Assembly: GCA_963708185.1 (NCBI GenBank)
Contig: OY970195.1
Location: forward strand, 64,001 to 128,000
Direction: 5' to 3'
DNA length: 64,000 nt
From: Candidatus Peregrinibacteria bacterium
GTDB lineage: Bacteria; Patescibacteriota; Gracilibacteria; UBA1369
Shown one piece after another: positions 51,366-61,530 of this stretch (within the stretch, counting starts at the first letter, position 1; the number at the start of each line of letters is the position of its first letter). The notes below the pieces were generated by a model. The model did no database searches and was not told the DNA's origin. It saw nothing but the letters and a program-made list of their open reading frames with translations. Position numbers and translations under genes: made by a program.

Positions 51366-53450
51366 ATGTCGTTCTGGAATCGTCAACAATTCGATCACGA
51401 TGAACTTGAAGAGCTTGGCAACGAGCTGCGACAGCTTGGTGCGGTTGAACTTCCCGCAAAGCAGAAGCAGGCTTTGAAGCGCCAGCTTTTTTCTGCTCTC
51501 GACCAAAAGACTGAGGAGCATCTGATGCCGCAGAGTTTGAGAATTCTGGGTTCGAGGATTCAGGAAGTGGGGGAGAAGACGTCGTTGAGCATTTCGCAGA
51601 AAGTGAAGCTCCGTGAACGCCTTTTGTCGTTCATTCGCCAGACTAACTGGCTGGGCATCACTTCCGGACCTTTCAGAAATCCGAGATTTTTAAAAACGGC
51701 GGTAAGCAGCACATTACTGCTGTTTTTTGTCGTTACGACTGTTTTGATTTTCCCGCTTCAGGTCCCTTTGACCTATGCCGCGCGGCTGACGTACATTGAC
51801 GACGTCTCCGGCCAGGCTTTCGTTCTTCGTTCGGGCCAGCTCATGGAAGCCAAGAAAGATTTTTCCCTTGCGGAGGGCGACGTGCTCATCACCAAAGACA
51901 ACAGTTCCATAACGGTACGTTTTTTTGACGACAGCGTCAGCCGTCTCGATTCGAACACGCAGCTCGAGGTCACCAGGTTGTATTCCGAACCGTTCAACCC
52001 CGTGGCGACCCAGGTCGAACTGAATCTTGAAGACGGTCATATCTGGACGAGAGTGCTGAATCTCATTGATGAAAATTCTCATTTTATTGTTTCCACCCAG
52101 GGAACATCGGCCATCGTGACGAAGAAGGCCGCTTTCGATTTACAAACCCATGTCTACAGCACCACGCTTTCCGTGTTCGATAATGTGGTGGATTTCGCCT
52201 TCGGTAAAAATTTCACGACGGAAACCCGGCCGGTCCTTGCAGGATATCAGGCTCAGGTTTCCCAACAAAATGGTACGAACGTCGCGACAATCGTACCGGT
52301 GGCCCAGGGAATGCAGGGGAATAAAGCCGCGGCGCAGTGGGTTGAATCGAACATCGCCAAAGACAAGGTCCATACCGAAGTCCTGGCCCAGGAAAACCAA
52401 CAGGCCCTGACCGACGGTTCAAACTCCGGCATGGCGGACGTCGTCCAGAGCGACAGCGATTCTTCAGGGATTTCTACGCTGAGCAATCCGGATATCGAGC
52501 AGCAACGTCTGCATTTCCTTGACGCTTATCAGCGTCTGCTTTTGGGTGAAACCTATCTGATGCGTCAGCAGGGCAAAGACGGCATGCAGCTCGTTCTGGA
52601 GTTCGAATCCGTCGTCCGTTCCATCATGACGCAGTATCCCGCCTTCGAGCAGGAAGATCCTTTGAACGCGAATCTTTTATACTCGATCATTCAGTCCAAG
52701 ATCGACCAGCAGCGGAAAGATCTCGTCACTTTGCTGCCGGGCGATGCTTTATATCCGGTCAAGGAAGAGCTCGACAAGACGGTTCTGTATCTGTCGGGCA
52801 GCGATGTGGAAAAGGCCAAGATGCAGCTTTCGCAATCCGAGGACAAACTGCTTGAGGTCCAGGATCTGCTCGCCAAGTCCAAGTTTGAACAGGCCCAGGC
52901 CGTATTGGTCCGTTACCAGCGTCAGATCGATAACCTGACGCTCAAGGTCAACGAAGGTAATGCTTCGGAACTGCAGGATAAACTCGTTTCACTCTTCAAC
53001 CAGCAGATCGAACAGATTAAAGTTTTGACCTCCATTGAAAAATCACTGTTCGAGACGCAGTCCGATCTCATCAAACAGATCCGTGACCTGCGCCAGCAAT
53101 TACTCGAAAAGCTCATGACGGCCATGGAAAAAGTTGACGGCGATCTTCCGGTCTCTTTGATTCAGGAACTGCGCGATCTGTTGCAGACGTACGTCGATAA
53201 CGGCGCTTATGACCACAGTTTCGTGGAACTCCTCAACAAGATGCTTCTGAAATACGGCAAGGACGCCGTGAACGGAAAATCTTCTTCTTCACTTCCGGAT
53301 TCTCTCGGTGTCGTCACGATCGTTGAAGATGACGCCACTCCTCCCGTGGATGCGGCTGCACCTCAGCAGGAACAGTCACTACTGACACAACAAGACTGCA
53401 CAGGGACGGAACAGTGTAATCCGGGGACTCCGTTGCAGGAAGGGGTTTAG
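51366..53450 (+). CDS. FecR-domain putative anti-sigma factor with helical C-terminal region
   Basis: Cytoplasmic N-terminus, TM, LAEGDVLIT...VRFFDDSVSRLDSNT FecR motif, LLPGDALYPVK. Confidence 0.8.
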   Translation: MSFWNRQQFDHDELEELGNELRQLGAVELPAKQKQALKRQLFSALDQKTEEHLMPQSLRILGSRIQEVGEKTSLSISQKVKLRERLLSFIRQTNWLGITSGPFRNPRFLKTAVSSTLLLFFVVTTVLIFPLQVPLTYAARLTYIDDVSGQAFVLRSGQLMEAKKDFSLAEGDVLITKDNSSITVRFFDDSVSRLDSNTQLEVTRLYSEPFNPVATQVELNLEDGHIWTRVLNLIDENSHFIVSTQGTSAIVTKKAAFDLQTHVYSTTLSVFDNVVDFAFGKNFTTETRPVLAGYQAQVSQQNGTNVATIVPVAQGMQGNKAAAQWVESNIAKDKVHTEVLAQENQQALTDGSNSGMADVVQSDSDSSGISTLSNPDIEQQRLHFLDAYQRLLLGETYLMRQQGKDGMQLVLEFESVVRSIMTQYPAFEQEDPLNANLLYSIIQSKIDQQRKDLVTLLPGDALYPVKEELDKTVLYLSGSDVEKAKMQLSQSEDKLLEVQDLLAKSKFEQAQAVLVRYQRQIDNLTLKVNEGNASELQDKLVSLFNQQIEQIKVLTSIEKSLFETQSDLIKQIRDLRQQLLEKLMTAMEKVDGDLPVSLIQELRDLLQTYVDNGAYDHSFVELLNKMLLKYGKDAVNGKSSSSLPDSLGVVTIVEDDATPPVDAAAPQQEQSLLTQQDCTGTEQCNPGTPLQEGV

Positions 53451-54517
53451 ACTCCGATGGCGAGGAGTCCGAGAATGACGCCGAGTGTGGCAAAGAATCC
53501 TCCGATGATCCAGAAACGCATGACGATGTTCGGCTCAGACCATCCGGATTTTTCAAAGTGGTGGTGAATGGGCGCGATCTTAAACACTTTGCGTTTGAGG
53601 AATTTTTTCGAAGCCAGTTGGATGATGACGGACACGGTTTCGACGACGAAGACAAAGCCGATGATCGGTAAAACCGCCACGGAATCCGTCATCATGGCGA
53701 TGACACCGAGCGTCGCCCCGAGCGATATGGCTCCGGTATCGCCCATGTAAAAGTGCGCCGGGAAAATGTTGAACCATAAGAATCCAAGCAGTGAGCCCAC
53801 GATGACCGCACAGAACGCCGATAGAATGAAGAGTCCTTTGGCGAAGGCGAGAATGGCGAAAGCACCGAAGGCGATGACAAGCAGGCCGCCGGCAAGGCCG
53901 TCCAGTCCGTCGGTGATGTTGACGGCGTTGGCGGTGGACGTAATAACGAGGATGAAGAGGGGGATGTACCAGATTCCGATGGTGATGTCTCCCATGCCCG
54001 GAATATGGATTTGATCGTATCCCAGACGGTAGTGAAACCATAAGGCGCCCAGGGTCGCCAGAAGGGTCAGCCAGAAAAATTTCGGTTTGATGTTGAGGCC
54101 TTTGCTTTTTCCCGCGCCTTTAAGGTTCAGGTAATCGTCGACGGCTCCCAGGATGGCCGTCGCTACCAGCGTGAGGATGGGGAGAAGGGTCTCCTCGCGG
54201 TTGAAGAGCGAATGTTCCGTGATATGGAGTTCGGTGGAAAGACCCGAAAGCAGTATGACGATCAAGGCCGTTCCCCAGATCAAAATACCTCCCATGGTGG
54301 GGGTTCCGGCTTTTTTGGAATGCAGTTCCTGGAAGATGGTGGCTTTTTCTCCGCTTGAAGCTATTTCGCGAAGTTGTTTGCCGACTTTGTATTTATGGAG
54401 GACCTTGATGAATTTCGGGGCGACGATGATGGTGATGACGAACGCCGCTATCTGCGAACCGAAGATCAATGAGAGATTGCGGATCGTGAGCGAGAAATCA
54501 CCGTTCAGGAGCATCAT
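53447..54517 (-). CDS. mraY: Phospho-N-acetylmuramoyl-pentapeptide transferase
   Basis: KAGTPTMGG, NAVNITDGLDGL, YMGDTG, APIHHHFE. Confidence 0.98.
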   Translation of the reverse strand: MMLLNGDFSLTIRNLSLIFGSQIAAFVITIIVAPKFIKVLHKYKVGKQLREIASSGEKATIFQELHSKKAGTPTMGGILIWGTALIVILLSGLSTELHITEHSLFNREETLLPILTLVATAILGAVDDYLNLKGAGKSKGLNIKPKFFWLTLLATLGALWFHYRLGYDQIHIPGMGDITIGIWYIPLFILVITSTANAVNITDGLDGLAGGLLVIAFGAFAILAFAKGLFILSAFCAVIVGSLLGFLWFNIFPAHFYMGDTGAISLGATLGVIAMMTDSVAVLPIIGFVFVVETVSVIIQLASKKFLKRKVFKIAPIHHHFEKSGWSEPNIVMRFWIIGGFFATLGVILGLLAIGV

Positions 54518-54520
54518 ACG

Positions 54521-55402
54521 TTAAGACCAGTTAAAGGTGCGGAAAACCCAATCCGCAAGCAGTTTGGTTTCACTATAGCGCGAAGTGCTTCCCAAAACCA
54601 CAGTGAGAATATCATTGCCTTTGCCGTTTTCAATAATGGCGATGAGGCATTCTCCTGCCAGGTCGGTCGTTCCGGTCTTCAGCCCGAGGACTTTGAGATA
54701 GCTGTCGAGAAGGTCGTTGGTGCTTTTGAGTTCATGGGTGAGCCTGCCGTTGGTGGAACTGATTTGCATGTCCTTGATGACGACGGCTTTGCGCACGAAA
54801 CTTTTACCGTAGGCGTAACGTCCGAGAATGGAGAGGTCGTAGGCGCTGGAGTAGTTTCCGGTTTCGTCGAGGCCGACCGGATTGCTGAAATGGGTATCGT
54901 GAAGGCCGAGTTCCTGTGCTTTCTGGTTCATTTTGGCGACAAAGTTTTCAACGGAACCGGCGTTGTATTCCGCCAACGCGTATGCCGCGTCGTTTGCCGA
55001 CGGAATGAGTGCCGCGTAGAGGAGGTTTTCCACGGTGATTTTTTCACCCGGAGTCAGCCAGACCTTTGATCCTTCGACCTGGGAGGCTTCCTTGGACACC
55101 GTGACGACATCGTTGAGTTTGTTCTCTTCCAGGATGATGGAAACGGTCATGAGCTTGGTGAGGCTGGCGATCGAACGGTGTTCAAAAGCGTTTTGTTCGT
55201 AAAGAGGCATACCGTTTTTCAAATCGACGGCCATGACGGATTTTGCTTCGATAACCGGAGCAATGCTTGCCGGGTCGTGTTCGGGAAGCGCCGTGGCTTC
55301 CAGCAAGGTGGAGCTGTCCCAGGAGTTGATGTTGTTGTCGCCGGGAAGGCCAGCGCCAAGCAGTTTCGTTGATGCGTATAAACTCAGCAGTGCAGTCAGC
55401 AT
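54521..55402 (-). CDS. D-alanyl-D-alanine carboxypeptidase (peptidase S11)
   Basis: ASLTK, SAN, KTG motifs. Confidence 0.95.
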   Translation of the reverse strand: MLTALLSLYASTKLLGAGLPGDNNINSWDSSTLLEATALPEHDPASIAPVIEAKSVMAVDLKNGMPLYEQNAFEHRSIASLTKLMTVSIILEENKLNDVVTVSKEASQVEGSKVWLTPGEKITVENLLYAALIPSANDAAYALAEYNAGSVENFVAKMNQKAQELGLHDTHFSNPVGLDETGNYSSAYDLSILGRYAYGKSFVRKAVVIKDMQISSTNGRLTHELKSTNDLLDSYLKVLGLKTGTTDLAGECLIAIIENGKGNDILTVVLGSTSRYSETKLLADWVFRTFNWS

Positions 55403-55411
55403 ACGTGCAAA

Positions 55412-56899
55412 CTAGGTGTTATTTTCTTGTGACGACGTCTGTTCGGAGCCGGTGTCGGTTTTCGGTGCCACCAGGTACGGCAGCACGTTGAACGGATTCT
55501 GCAATCTGTTCTTGAGATAGTCCTCCCCGATTTCAATGACGACCTGCGTTCCGGCTTTTTTATCGGAATCGAGGTATGAAGCCGGGATTCCGGCAACCTC
55601 CTTGAAGTTGAGGAATTTGGCGATGAGGTCGACGACAGCGGGTTTTTCACCCTTCGGGCCCGGCTGGTAGTAAACGGTCGTGTCGGTGTGGTCTTTGGTG
55701 TCGGCGTTGCCGTAGTAGACAACGTTGAAGCAGAGGCGATCGAGGTAGTCGGTGACTTCGCCGGCAAGGTTGCCGGTGGAGGTTCCGTTGAGGACCTGGA
55801 TCGGCGTTTCGCTTTCCATGGCGTCGGCATGATTGAAGATGAGATCAGTCATTTCGTTGATGCTGTCGTAATTTTTTCCGGCGGGGAGCAGGACGAAGGC
55901 TCCCGAAAAATATTCACGGGCTGGTGTGTACAGGAATCCTCCGCATGATGTCGGGTCGTCGCTCAGGACGTGCGTCGAAATGTTTTCTTTGCCGAAGTCC
56001 TTGGAGATCTTGGCGAGCTGGATGATTTCGTCGACGGTGAAGTTCGTCTCCACGCTGTCTTTGAGCGAGTCGTAAATGGCCTGGATTTTTGAAGGATCGG
56101 TGAGGATGTTGAGGCTGAGGGCTTTTTCTTTGATGGCGGTCAGAAGCTGTTGCTGGCGTTTCGCACGATCAAAGTCACTCGTCGTTTTGCGGCTCCGGGC
56201 GTATTTCAGTGCCGTGGCTCCGTCGAGGTGCTGGGGGCCGGCTTTAATGGAAAACGTCTGGTAATGAGTGGTTTCTCCGAGCGGATAGTATGGATCGTAA
56301 ATGTCTTTTTCCACGACGACGTCAACGCCTCCGATACTGTCGACGATTTTTTCGAAACCAGAAAAATCAACTTTGGCGTAGTAGTCGATCTTCAGGCCGG
56401 TGATTCCGCTGGCGATTTCGGTGAGCGCTTCCATGCCCGCCTGGGAATTGATTTTGCTTTTGCCGACGGAGTAGATCTGGTTGATGCGTTCACCGGTTTG
56501 AAGCTTGCCGCTTTTGACGTAAAGGTCGCGGGGAATGGAAAGCATGGAGACCATCTTTTTGTCGTAATCTATGCTGGCCACGATGATGGTGTCGGTCAGG
56601 TTTCCGCCGTCATGACCTTCGCCGCCGATGCCTGCGAGAAGAATGTTGGTTCGTCCGTTGGCGTCGGTGCGGAGGTTCTTGCCGAATGAGAAAATGATGC
56701 CTGAAAAGTCCAGGCTCTTCATAAGGCTGAAGATGCCGAAAAGCAGCAATGCCACGACCACAAGACCGATGCCGATGGTGATGAACTGGGCTTTTTCCTT
56801 GCCGGTTTTTCCGGAGGAGTTTGATGGATGTTGGGATGGGTGTTTGCGGTGATCTTTGCGGTGGTCGTCAGGGCGGATTTTTTTTCTTTTCAATTCCAT
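55412..56899 (-). CDS. LCP family protein with LytR C-terminal domain
   Basis: TDTIIV, SIPRDLYV, ARSR, DFDRAKRQQ, IQVLNGT. Confidence 0.95.
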   Translation of the reverse strand: MELKRKKIRPDDHRKDHRKHPSQHPSNSSGKTGKEKAQFITIGIGLVVVALLLFGIFSLMKSLDFSGIIFSFGKNLRTDANGRTNILLAGIGGEGHDGGNLTDTIIVASIDYDKKMVSMLSIPRDLYVKSGKLQTGERINQIYSVGKSKINSQAGMEALTEIASGITGLKIDYYAKVDFSGFEKIVDSIGGVDVVVEKDIYDPYYPLGETTHYQTFSIKAGPQHLDGATALKYARSRKTTSDFDRAKRQQQLLTAIKEKALSLNILTDPSKIQAIYDSLKDSVETNFTVDEIIQLAKISKDFGKENISTHVLSDDPTSCGGFLYTPAREYFSGAFVLLPAGKNYDSINEMTDLIFNHADAMESETPIQVLNGTSTGNLAGEVTDYLDRLCFNVVYYGNADTKDHTDTTVYYQPGPKGEKPAVVDLIAKFLNFKEVAGIPASYLDSDKKAGTQVVIEIGEDYLKNRLQNPFNVLPYLVAPKTDTGSEQTSSQENNT

Positions 56900-56979
56900 G
56901 GCAACAAAAAAAATAACAAAAAAGGTTTAGCGGGGTCTCCACTATTGTAGACTTTTTTTTGGGAAAAAATAGTTGATTT

Positions 56980-59505
56980 TTAGGTCGAAAGCAGCAAAGT
57001 CAATTTCAGTGCACCTTCATTGTCTACGTGAAGCCCGATACCTACCGTGGTCCAGGTGGGTGAGGCGGCTTCCGTTGAGCTGAAAATTTCGTTGGCGAGA
57101 CCGGACTCGGTTTTGGATTCCAGGATGTAGATCTGGACGGGCTGGTTGGTGATGGCTTTTTGAATGTTTCCCGCCAACGAGCTTCCGTCCGGAGCAACGA
57201 AGTCGAAAAATTTCTGTGTCGCCATGAGGCTGCTCCAGTTGTCGGCGATGCTTTCAAGCGTTGAATTGGTGATGATGTCCGGTACGCCGCTGCTTTGGCG
57301 TTGCTGGTTGATCTTCGTTTTGAGGTGGGTCTTCATGGTGTTGAGGGCGGCTGCATCGAGCGGGGTCGTGGAAAACTCTTCCACCACAATGAAGTAGTTG
57401 TCGCTGGTTTTGGTGATGCCCAACCCCACGCGGGTCCACGACGGTTCGAGGATGTTCATTCGGTGCACCGCGCTGCGCATCAGTCCGTTGTGGGCATAGA
57501 GCAGGTTCGGAGCGGTAGCAAGATTTTCCCCGACTTCCGTGGTTATCCCCAAGGCGAGCCTGCGGTCGTCGGGAGTCTGTCCGTCCGGCGAGACGTGCCC
57601 GAAGTATCCCCGGTTCCACATGTCGTCGGAATGATTTTGGGCGAGGGTGTTGAGGGAACTGTCGGCGCTTACGGGAGCCAGTCCGTATTTGGTGCGTTCC
57701 TGATTGATGAGTTTGAGCAGGTTGTTGATGAGAATGTTGGTGCTCGTGTTGGTATCGGGGACGGTGGAGTTCACAAGGTCAAAAAAATCGGGGATGAGCG
57801 GGATGCCATTGCCCACGTATACCGGCGTGTTGATGACGGCGAGTCCGTTTTTGCCGTTGATCTCAACGATGTACGTTCCGTTTGAAGGAGCCGGATAGGT
57901 GAAGCTGTAGTTGCCTCCCGAGGGGATGACCGGTGAGTTGAGATTGGTCGTTGTCGTCGAATTGGTTTGGAGTTGCAGAAAATCCACCAGCCCGTCCGGT
58001 TTGATGACCGCAGCTTCCTGGTAAATATCCGAAATCGCCGTGCCGGATATGGTAATCGTTCCCGGACCATTCATGATTTCAGGAAGGGAATTGTAGGCAA
58101 TGAGATCAGGATGCGTTTCACTAAACGTATGCTGGGTGGCGGTGAAGGTTTGAGCATCGCTGCTGGTCCACGCCGTATCAATGGTCAGAGGTTTGATCTG
58201 CGCGGCTTTGGCACTCTGGACGTAGAAAGAGATCTGTCCCGGCTTGAAGTTCTGGAAGTCGTTGTAGATGGCGTCGAAGCTTTTGATGTTCTGGCGGCTG
58301 AAAAACGTTTTGCTCAGGCTGCCCTCGGTGAAGGTTATTTTTGTGAGGTTGTCGGTCCCGTTGTTCCAACTGAAAGTGGTCTTTTGTTTATTGTACTGGG
58401 CTTTGAGATTCGTCGGTATTGTCGAGGTGGTTTTGGAAACAGCGTTTGGGAGACTTGGAAGAACGCTGATTTCAACGTATTTGCTTTGGGTGGTGTTGCC
58501 GGGAACGATGCCGAGTTTGTAGTTCCCCGGGTTGCGGAAAATAACGGGGATGGAAAAGGATCCGTTCGTGATGTTGTCGGAAGTATTTTCAAAATCTTCG
58601 GTGACGTCGTCGTTGAGGAAAACGAAGGCCGTGTCGTACGTCCCGCTGTTGATCTGCCCGCTGAAGGTATAGAGTTCGTCGGTGTAAAACGTGTTGGGAA
58701 AATCCTCGTTGAGGGTGATGTTGTTGAAATACGTCTTGGTGTAGTTTTTATAGCTTACCGGGGTGAAGCTGGCTGCGGCCGCCGGCGTGACGGAAGCGGG
58801 GGTTTCAAAAATGTTGGGAAGCGGTTCGGGAACTTCATCAATGAGGTCAGGACTGTAGGTTTGCTTTCCGGTGACCTGGGTGACAAGACTGCGGAAAAGG
58901 ATTTCGCTGGTCTTGGCGCGGGAAAGGCTGGCCGAAGGAATGAAATAGTTTCCGCTTTCCTCGAGAAAGTTGTGCCATTTGGCGTAGGCGACAAACGGCG
59001 TATACCATGCGGTTGTAGCGGTGTCCTTGAAAGGCGTTTCGTAAATGGTGGGAATCTGCCAGCCCTGGATCTCGGCGATCATCTTCAATCCCTCCACCTT
59101 GTTGACGCTCTGGTCGGGTTTGAAAGTGTTGTCGGGATATCCCTGGACCCAACCCTCCTGTTTCGCTTTGCGGAGGTAGGGCGCGTACCAGGCGTTTTCG
59201 TCGACGTCCTTGAATCCGCTCGGCGTGGTGACGTCCAGTTTGACGTCCGAACTTAAAAGGGCCAGCTTGAGAAATTCAACGCGTGATACCGGTTTGTCCG
59301 GCTGGAACGTTCCGTCGGGGTATCCGCTGATGATGTTGTTTTTCGCCAGGAATTCGATGGCCGTCGCGTTGCGGTTTACGTCCGAAACATCACTGAAGGT
59401 CTGGGCGAAAGCGGTGGGAAGCAGATTGAAAAACAGTACCGTCAGGGTCACGGCGCTCATCAAACGGTTTGCCGTTTTCAGGGGGCTTCGCTGAAATTTT
59501 TCCAT
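56980..59505 (-). CDS. SLH-domain protein with tandem CAP (SCP) domains
   Basis: SLH repeats at N-terminus; INQER...AQNHSDDM...GENLA...SAVHRMNIL; second degenerate CAP domain. Confidence 0.9.
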   Translation of the reverse strand: MEKFQRSPLKTANRLMSAVTLTVLFFNLLPTAFAQTFSDVSDVNRNATAIEFLAKNNIISGYPDGTFQPDKPVSRVEFLKLALLSSDVKLDVTTPSGFKDVDENAWYAPYLRKAKQEGWVQGYPDNTFKPDQSVNKVEGLKMIAEIQGWQIPTIYETPFKDTATTAWYTPFVAYAKWHNFLEESGNYFIPSASLSRAKTSEILFRSLVTQVTGKQTYSPDLIDEVPEPLPNIFETPASVTPAAAASFTPVSYKNYTKTYFNNITLNEDFPNTFYTDELYTFSGQINSGTYDTAFVFLNDDVTEDFENTSDNITNGSFSIPVIFRNPGNYKLGIVPGNTTQSKYVEISVLPSLPNAVSKTTSTIPTNLKAQYNKQKTTFSWNNGTDNLTKITFTEGSLSKTFFSRQNIKSFDAIYNDFQNFKPGQISFYVQSAKAAQIKPLTIDTAWTSSDAQTFTATQHTFSETHPDLIAYNSLPEIMNGPGTITISGTAISDIYQEAAVIKPDGLVDFLQLQTNSTTTTNLNSPVIPSGGNYSFTYPAPSNGTYIVEINGKNGLAVINTPVYVGNGIPLIPDFFDLVNSTVPDTNTSTNILINNLLKLINQERTKYGLAPVSADSSLNTLAQNHSDDMWNRGYFGHVSPDGQTPDDRRLALGITTEVGENLATAPNLLYAHNGLMRSAVHRMNILEPSWTRVGLGITKTSDNYFIVVEEFSTTPLDAAALNTMKTHLKTKINQQRQSSGVPDIITNSTLESIADNWSSLMATQKFFDFVAPDGSSLAGNIQKAITNQPVQIYILESKTESGLANEIFSSTEAASPTWTTVGIGLHVDNEGALKLTLLLST

Positions 59506-59511
59506 GATGGA

Positions 59512-60282
59512 TTATTTTGTGATCGGAATGGTGGCGATGCAGTCGCTGTTGTTTTCTCCCAATGCTTTGACAACGATTTGTTCACCGCTCTTTCCACCAT
59601 TATAGAGGACATTCGTGCTCTTGGTAACCAGAGTTTTTGTCAGGTTGCCGCTGGCCTGGACGTCGGCGTCCTGCATCTGGAACTGGCCGCTGTCGGCTTG
59701 CAGAAGGTAGGTGCCGTTAAAATCTGAAGGTGTGGGAATGATCGTTATGGCCGCGCTCTGATCCTGCGGAAGAGGGGACGGATCGGTAACGACTTTGATC
59801 GAGGTGCAGTTTTTGGTCGAGGTCTGGACGACCGGAATGGTTACGAGACAACCTTTGTTTGCGTCTCCTTCGGCCTGGATGGTGATCATGGTTCCGTCGT
59901 CGCCTCCGGAGTAGTTTACTTTTTTGGATGTTGTTTGAATGTACGAACCTACGTTTCCCTGCCCATCGTTGAGTTCACCGCTGCTGGCGGCATAGGTAAA
60001 CGGTCCGGAAAAGTTTTCAGGATTGGTGCTGATGGCGACGACGGCTGAGGTGTTTGCCGGTATGGGGCTTTGAGGAAGCGAGATTGCATCCATCTGCTGG
60101 CAGGAGCCGGCAGCGCTTTGAATCTGCGTCGTTTGCTGGAGGTTTGCCTGGAAAAGTCCGCTTCCTGGGACGATCAAGGCGAGGATAATAATAAGAGCGA
60201 GTCCGGTGATTCCCGTGACTGCTTTCCATGAAAGTTGTTTTTTTGTTGATTGTTTCGGCATTTGAGAATGTGGTGTCTTCAA
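59512..60282 (-). CDS. Membrane-anchored protein with an internally duplicated Cys-bounded beta domain
   Basis: TM, then two ~100-aa repeats (C...P.P...F.G...A.SG...V.Y.GG..G..I...C...IP). Confidence 0.75.
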   Translation of the reverse strand: MKTPHSQMPKQSTKKQLSWKAVTGITGLALIIILALIVPGSGLFQANLQQTTQIQSAAGSCQQMDAISLPQSPIPANTSAVVAISTNPENFSGPFTYAASSGELNDGQGNVGSYIQTTSKKVNYSGGDDGTMITIQAEGDANKGCLVTIPVVQTSTKNCTSIKVVTDPSPLPQDQSAAITIIPTPSDFNGTYLLQADSGQFQMQDADVQASGNLTKTLVTKSTNVLYNGGKSGEQIVVKALGENNSDCIATIPITK

Positions 60283-60376
60283 TTAATTATAAAACAACCG
60301 AGCGCGTTAGTCAATTTACAGTCATCATGGGAGCTACTATTATGTCGTGGACATCTTATTTTATTTCCTCATTATT

Positions 60377-61462
60377 ATGCAACGAAAAACACTCCTTACC
60401 GGCGGTGTGATTGCAATGACTGCGGCCTTGGTTTTTGCAGGGTGCCAGCAGGTGCAGCAGCCCCAAAAGTCACCAGAACAGGTCGTTCAGGATGGTATGA
60501 AGAATCTTACTTCCGTAACTTCGCACAAGTTTGAATTCGGGATCAACGCTGATCTGACCGGGCCACAGGGTGAAACTCCCCAGAAAGTGAAATTCAACTT
60601 TACCCTGGGTGGCTCAGTTGACCTCAAGGATACCCAGGATCCGAAGATCAATCTCACGCTTGACGGTTCAGGCAACGCCGATGATCAGAGCGGTGCGGCG
60701 ACGGCTGAACTTCGCATGAATAAAGACGCTCTCTACTTCATGCTTTCCAAGCTCACGACCCAGGGAGGCCAACCGATTCCACAAGAATTTACCACGCAGT
60801 ATGTGGGTAAATGGTGGAAGATCACTATCCCACCTGATGCTTTACAGCAGCTGACGACCAGTTTGCCTGAAGGCGGAAACAGCCAGCAGGCCGCTACCCC
60901 GGAAGAACAGCAGGCAAAAGACAAGATGAAGGCTCTGTTCGAGAGCACCAAGTTCTTCAAGAACATTCAGTTCGTTGGGACTGAAAGCATCAAAGGACAG
61001 TCCAGCTTCCACTACACCGTTGATTTCGACAAGGACGCCTTCATGGCTTTCGCACAGCAGGCGGCTATCGATCAGGGTCAGCCGATGGCAGACACTGATA
61101 TCCAGGATATGAAGGACACTTTGAACAAAGTTGAAATCACCGGCAACCTCTGGATCGACCAGGCGACCGGCATCATGGATCAGGTTTCCGGCGATATCAA
61201 ATTCGTGAACCCGGGTCCGCAAGATCCGTCCGGAACGATGAGCATCCGCGTGACTTTATGGGACTTCAACAAACCGGTCACGGTCGAAGTTCCGGCAGGT
61301 GCTACGGAATTCCCGGTTCAGGAACTTATGGGCGCCATGCTCGGAGCTCCAACCACCGGTACGACCGGTCTTGACCAGAGCATGATGAACAGCGATTCAT
61401 CGATGATGGATTATAGCTCGATGATGACCCAACAGCAGGACATGATGAACCTGGGTCAATAA
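60377..61462 (+). CDS. Putative lipoprotein (LolA/LppX-like fold suspected)
   Basis: Lipobox FAGC; YVGKWWKI, DFNKPVTVEVP; Met-rich tail. Confidence 0.75.
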   Translation: MQRKTLLTGGVIAMTAALVFAGCQQVQQPQKSPEQVVQDGMKNLTSVTSHKFEFGINADLTGPQGETPQKVKFNFTLGGSVDLKDTQDPKINLTLDGSGNADDQSGAATAELRMNKDALYFMLSKLTTQGGQPIPQEFTTQYVGKWWKITIPPDALQQLTTSLPEGGNSQQAATPEEQQAKDKMKALFESTKFFKNIQFVGTESIKGQSSFHYTVDFDKDAFMAFAQQAAIDQGQPMADTDIQDMKDTLNKVEITGNLWIDQATGIMDQVSGDIKFVNPGPQDPSGTMSIRVTLWDFNKPVTVEVPAGATEFPVQELMGAMLGAPTTGTTGLDQSMMNSDSSMMDYSSMMTQQQDMMNLGQ

Positions 61463-61481
61463 TCAGGTACATGGAACATTC

Positions 61482-61509
61482 AAAAGGGCTCCCGGCGGGA
61501 GCCCTTTTT
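61482..61509. terminator. Bidirectional intrinsic terminator
   Basis: aaaagggctccc-ggc-gggagcccttttt. Confidence 0.9.
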
Positions 61510-61530
61510 GTTGCGTTCATTTTTGGAGTG

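Noticed and set aside
57967-59256. 429-aa plus-strand ORF, and similar ones opposite serS, dnaK and ppcA
   Set aside because: Antisense shadows caused by codon bias of well-supported genes.
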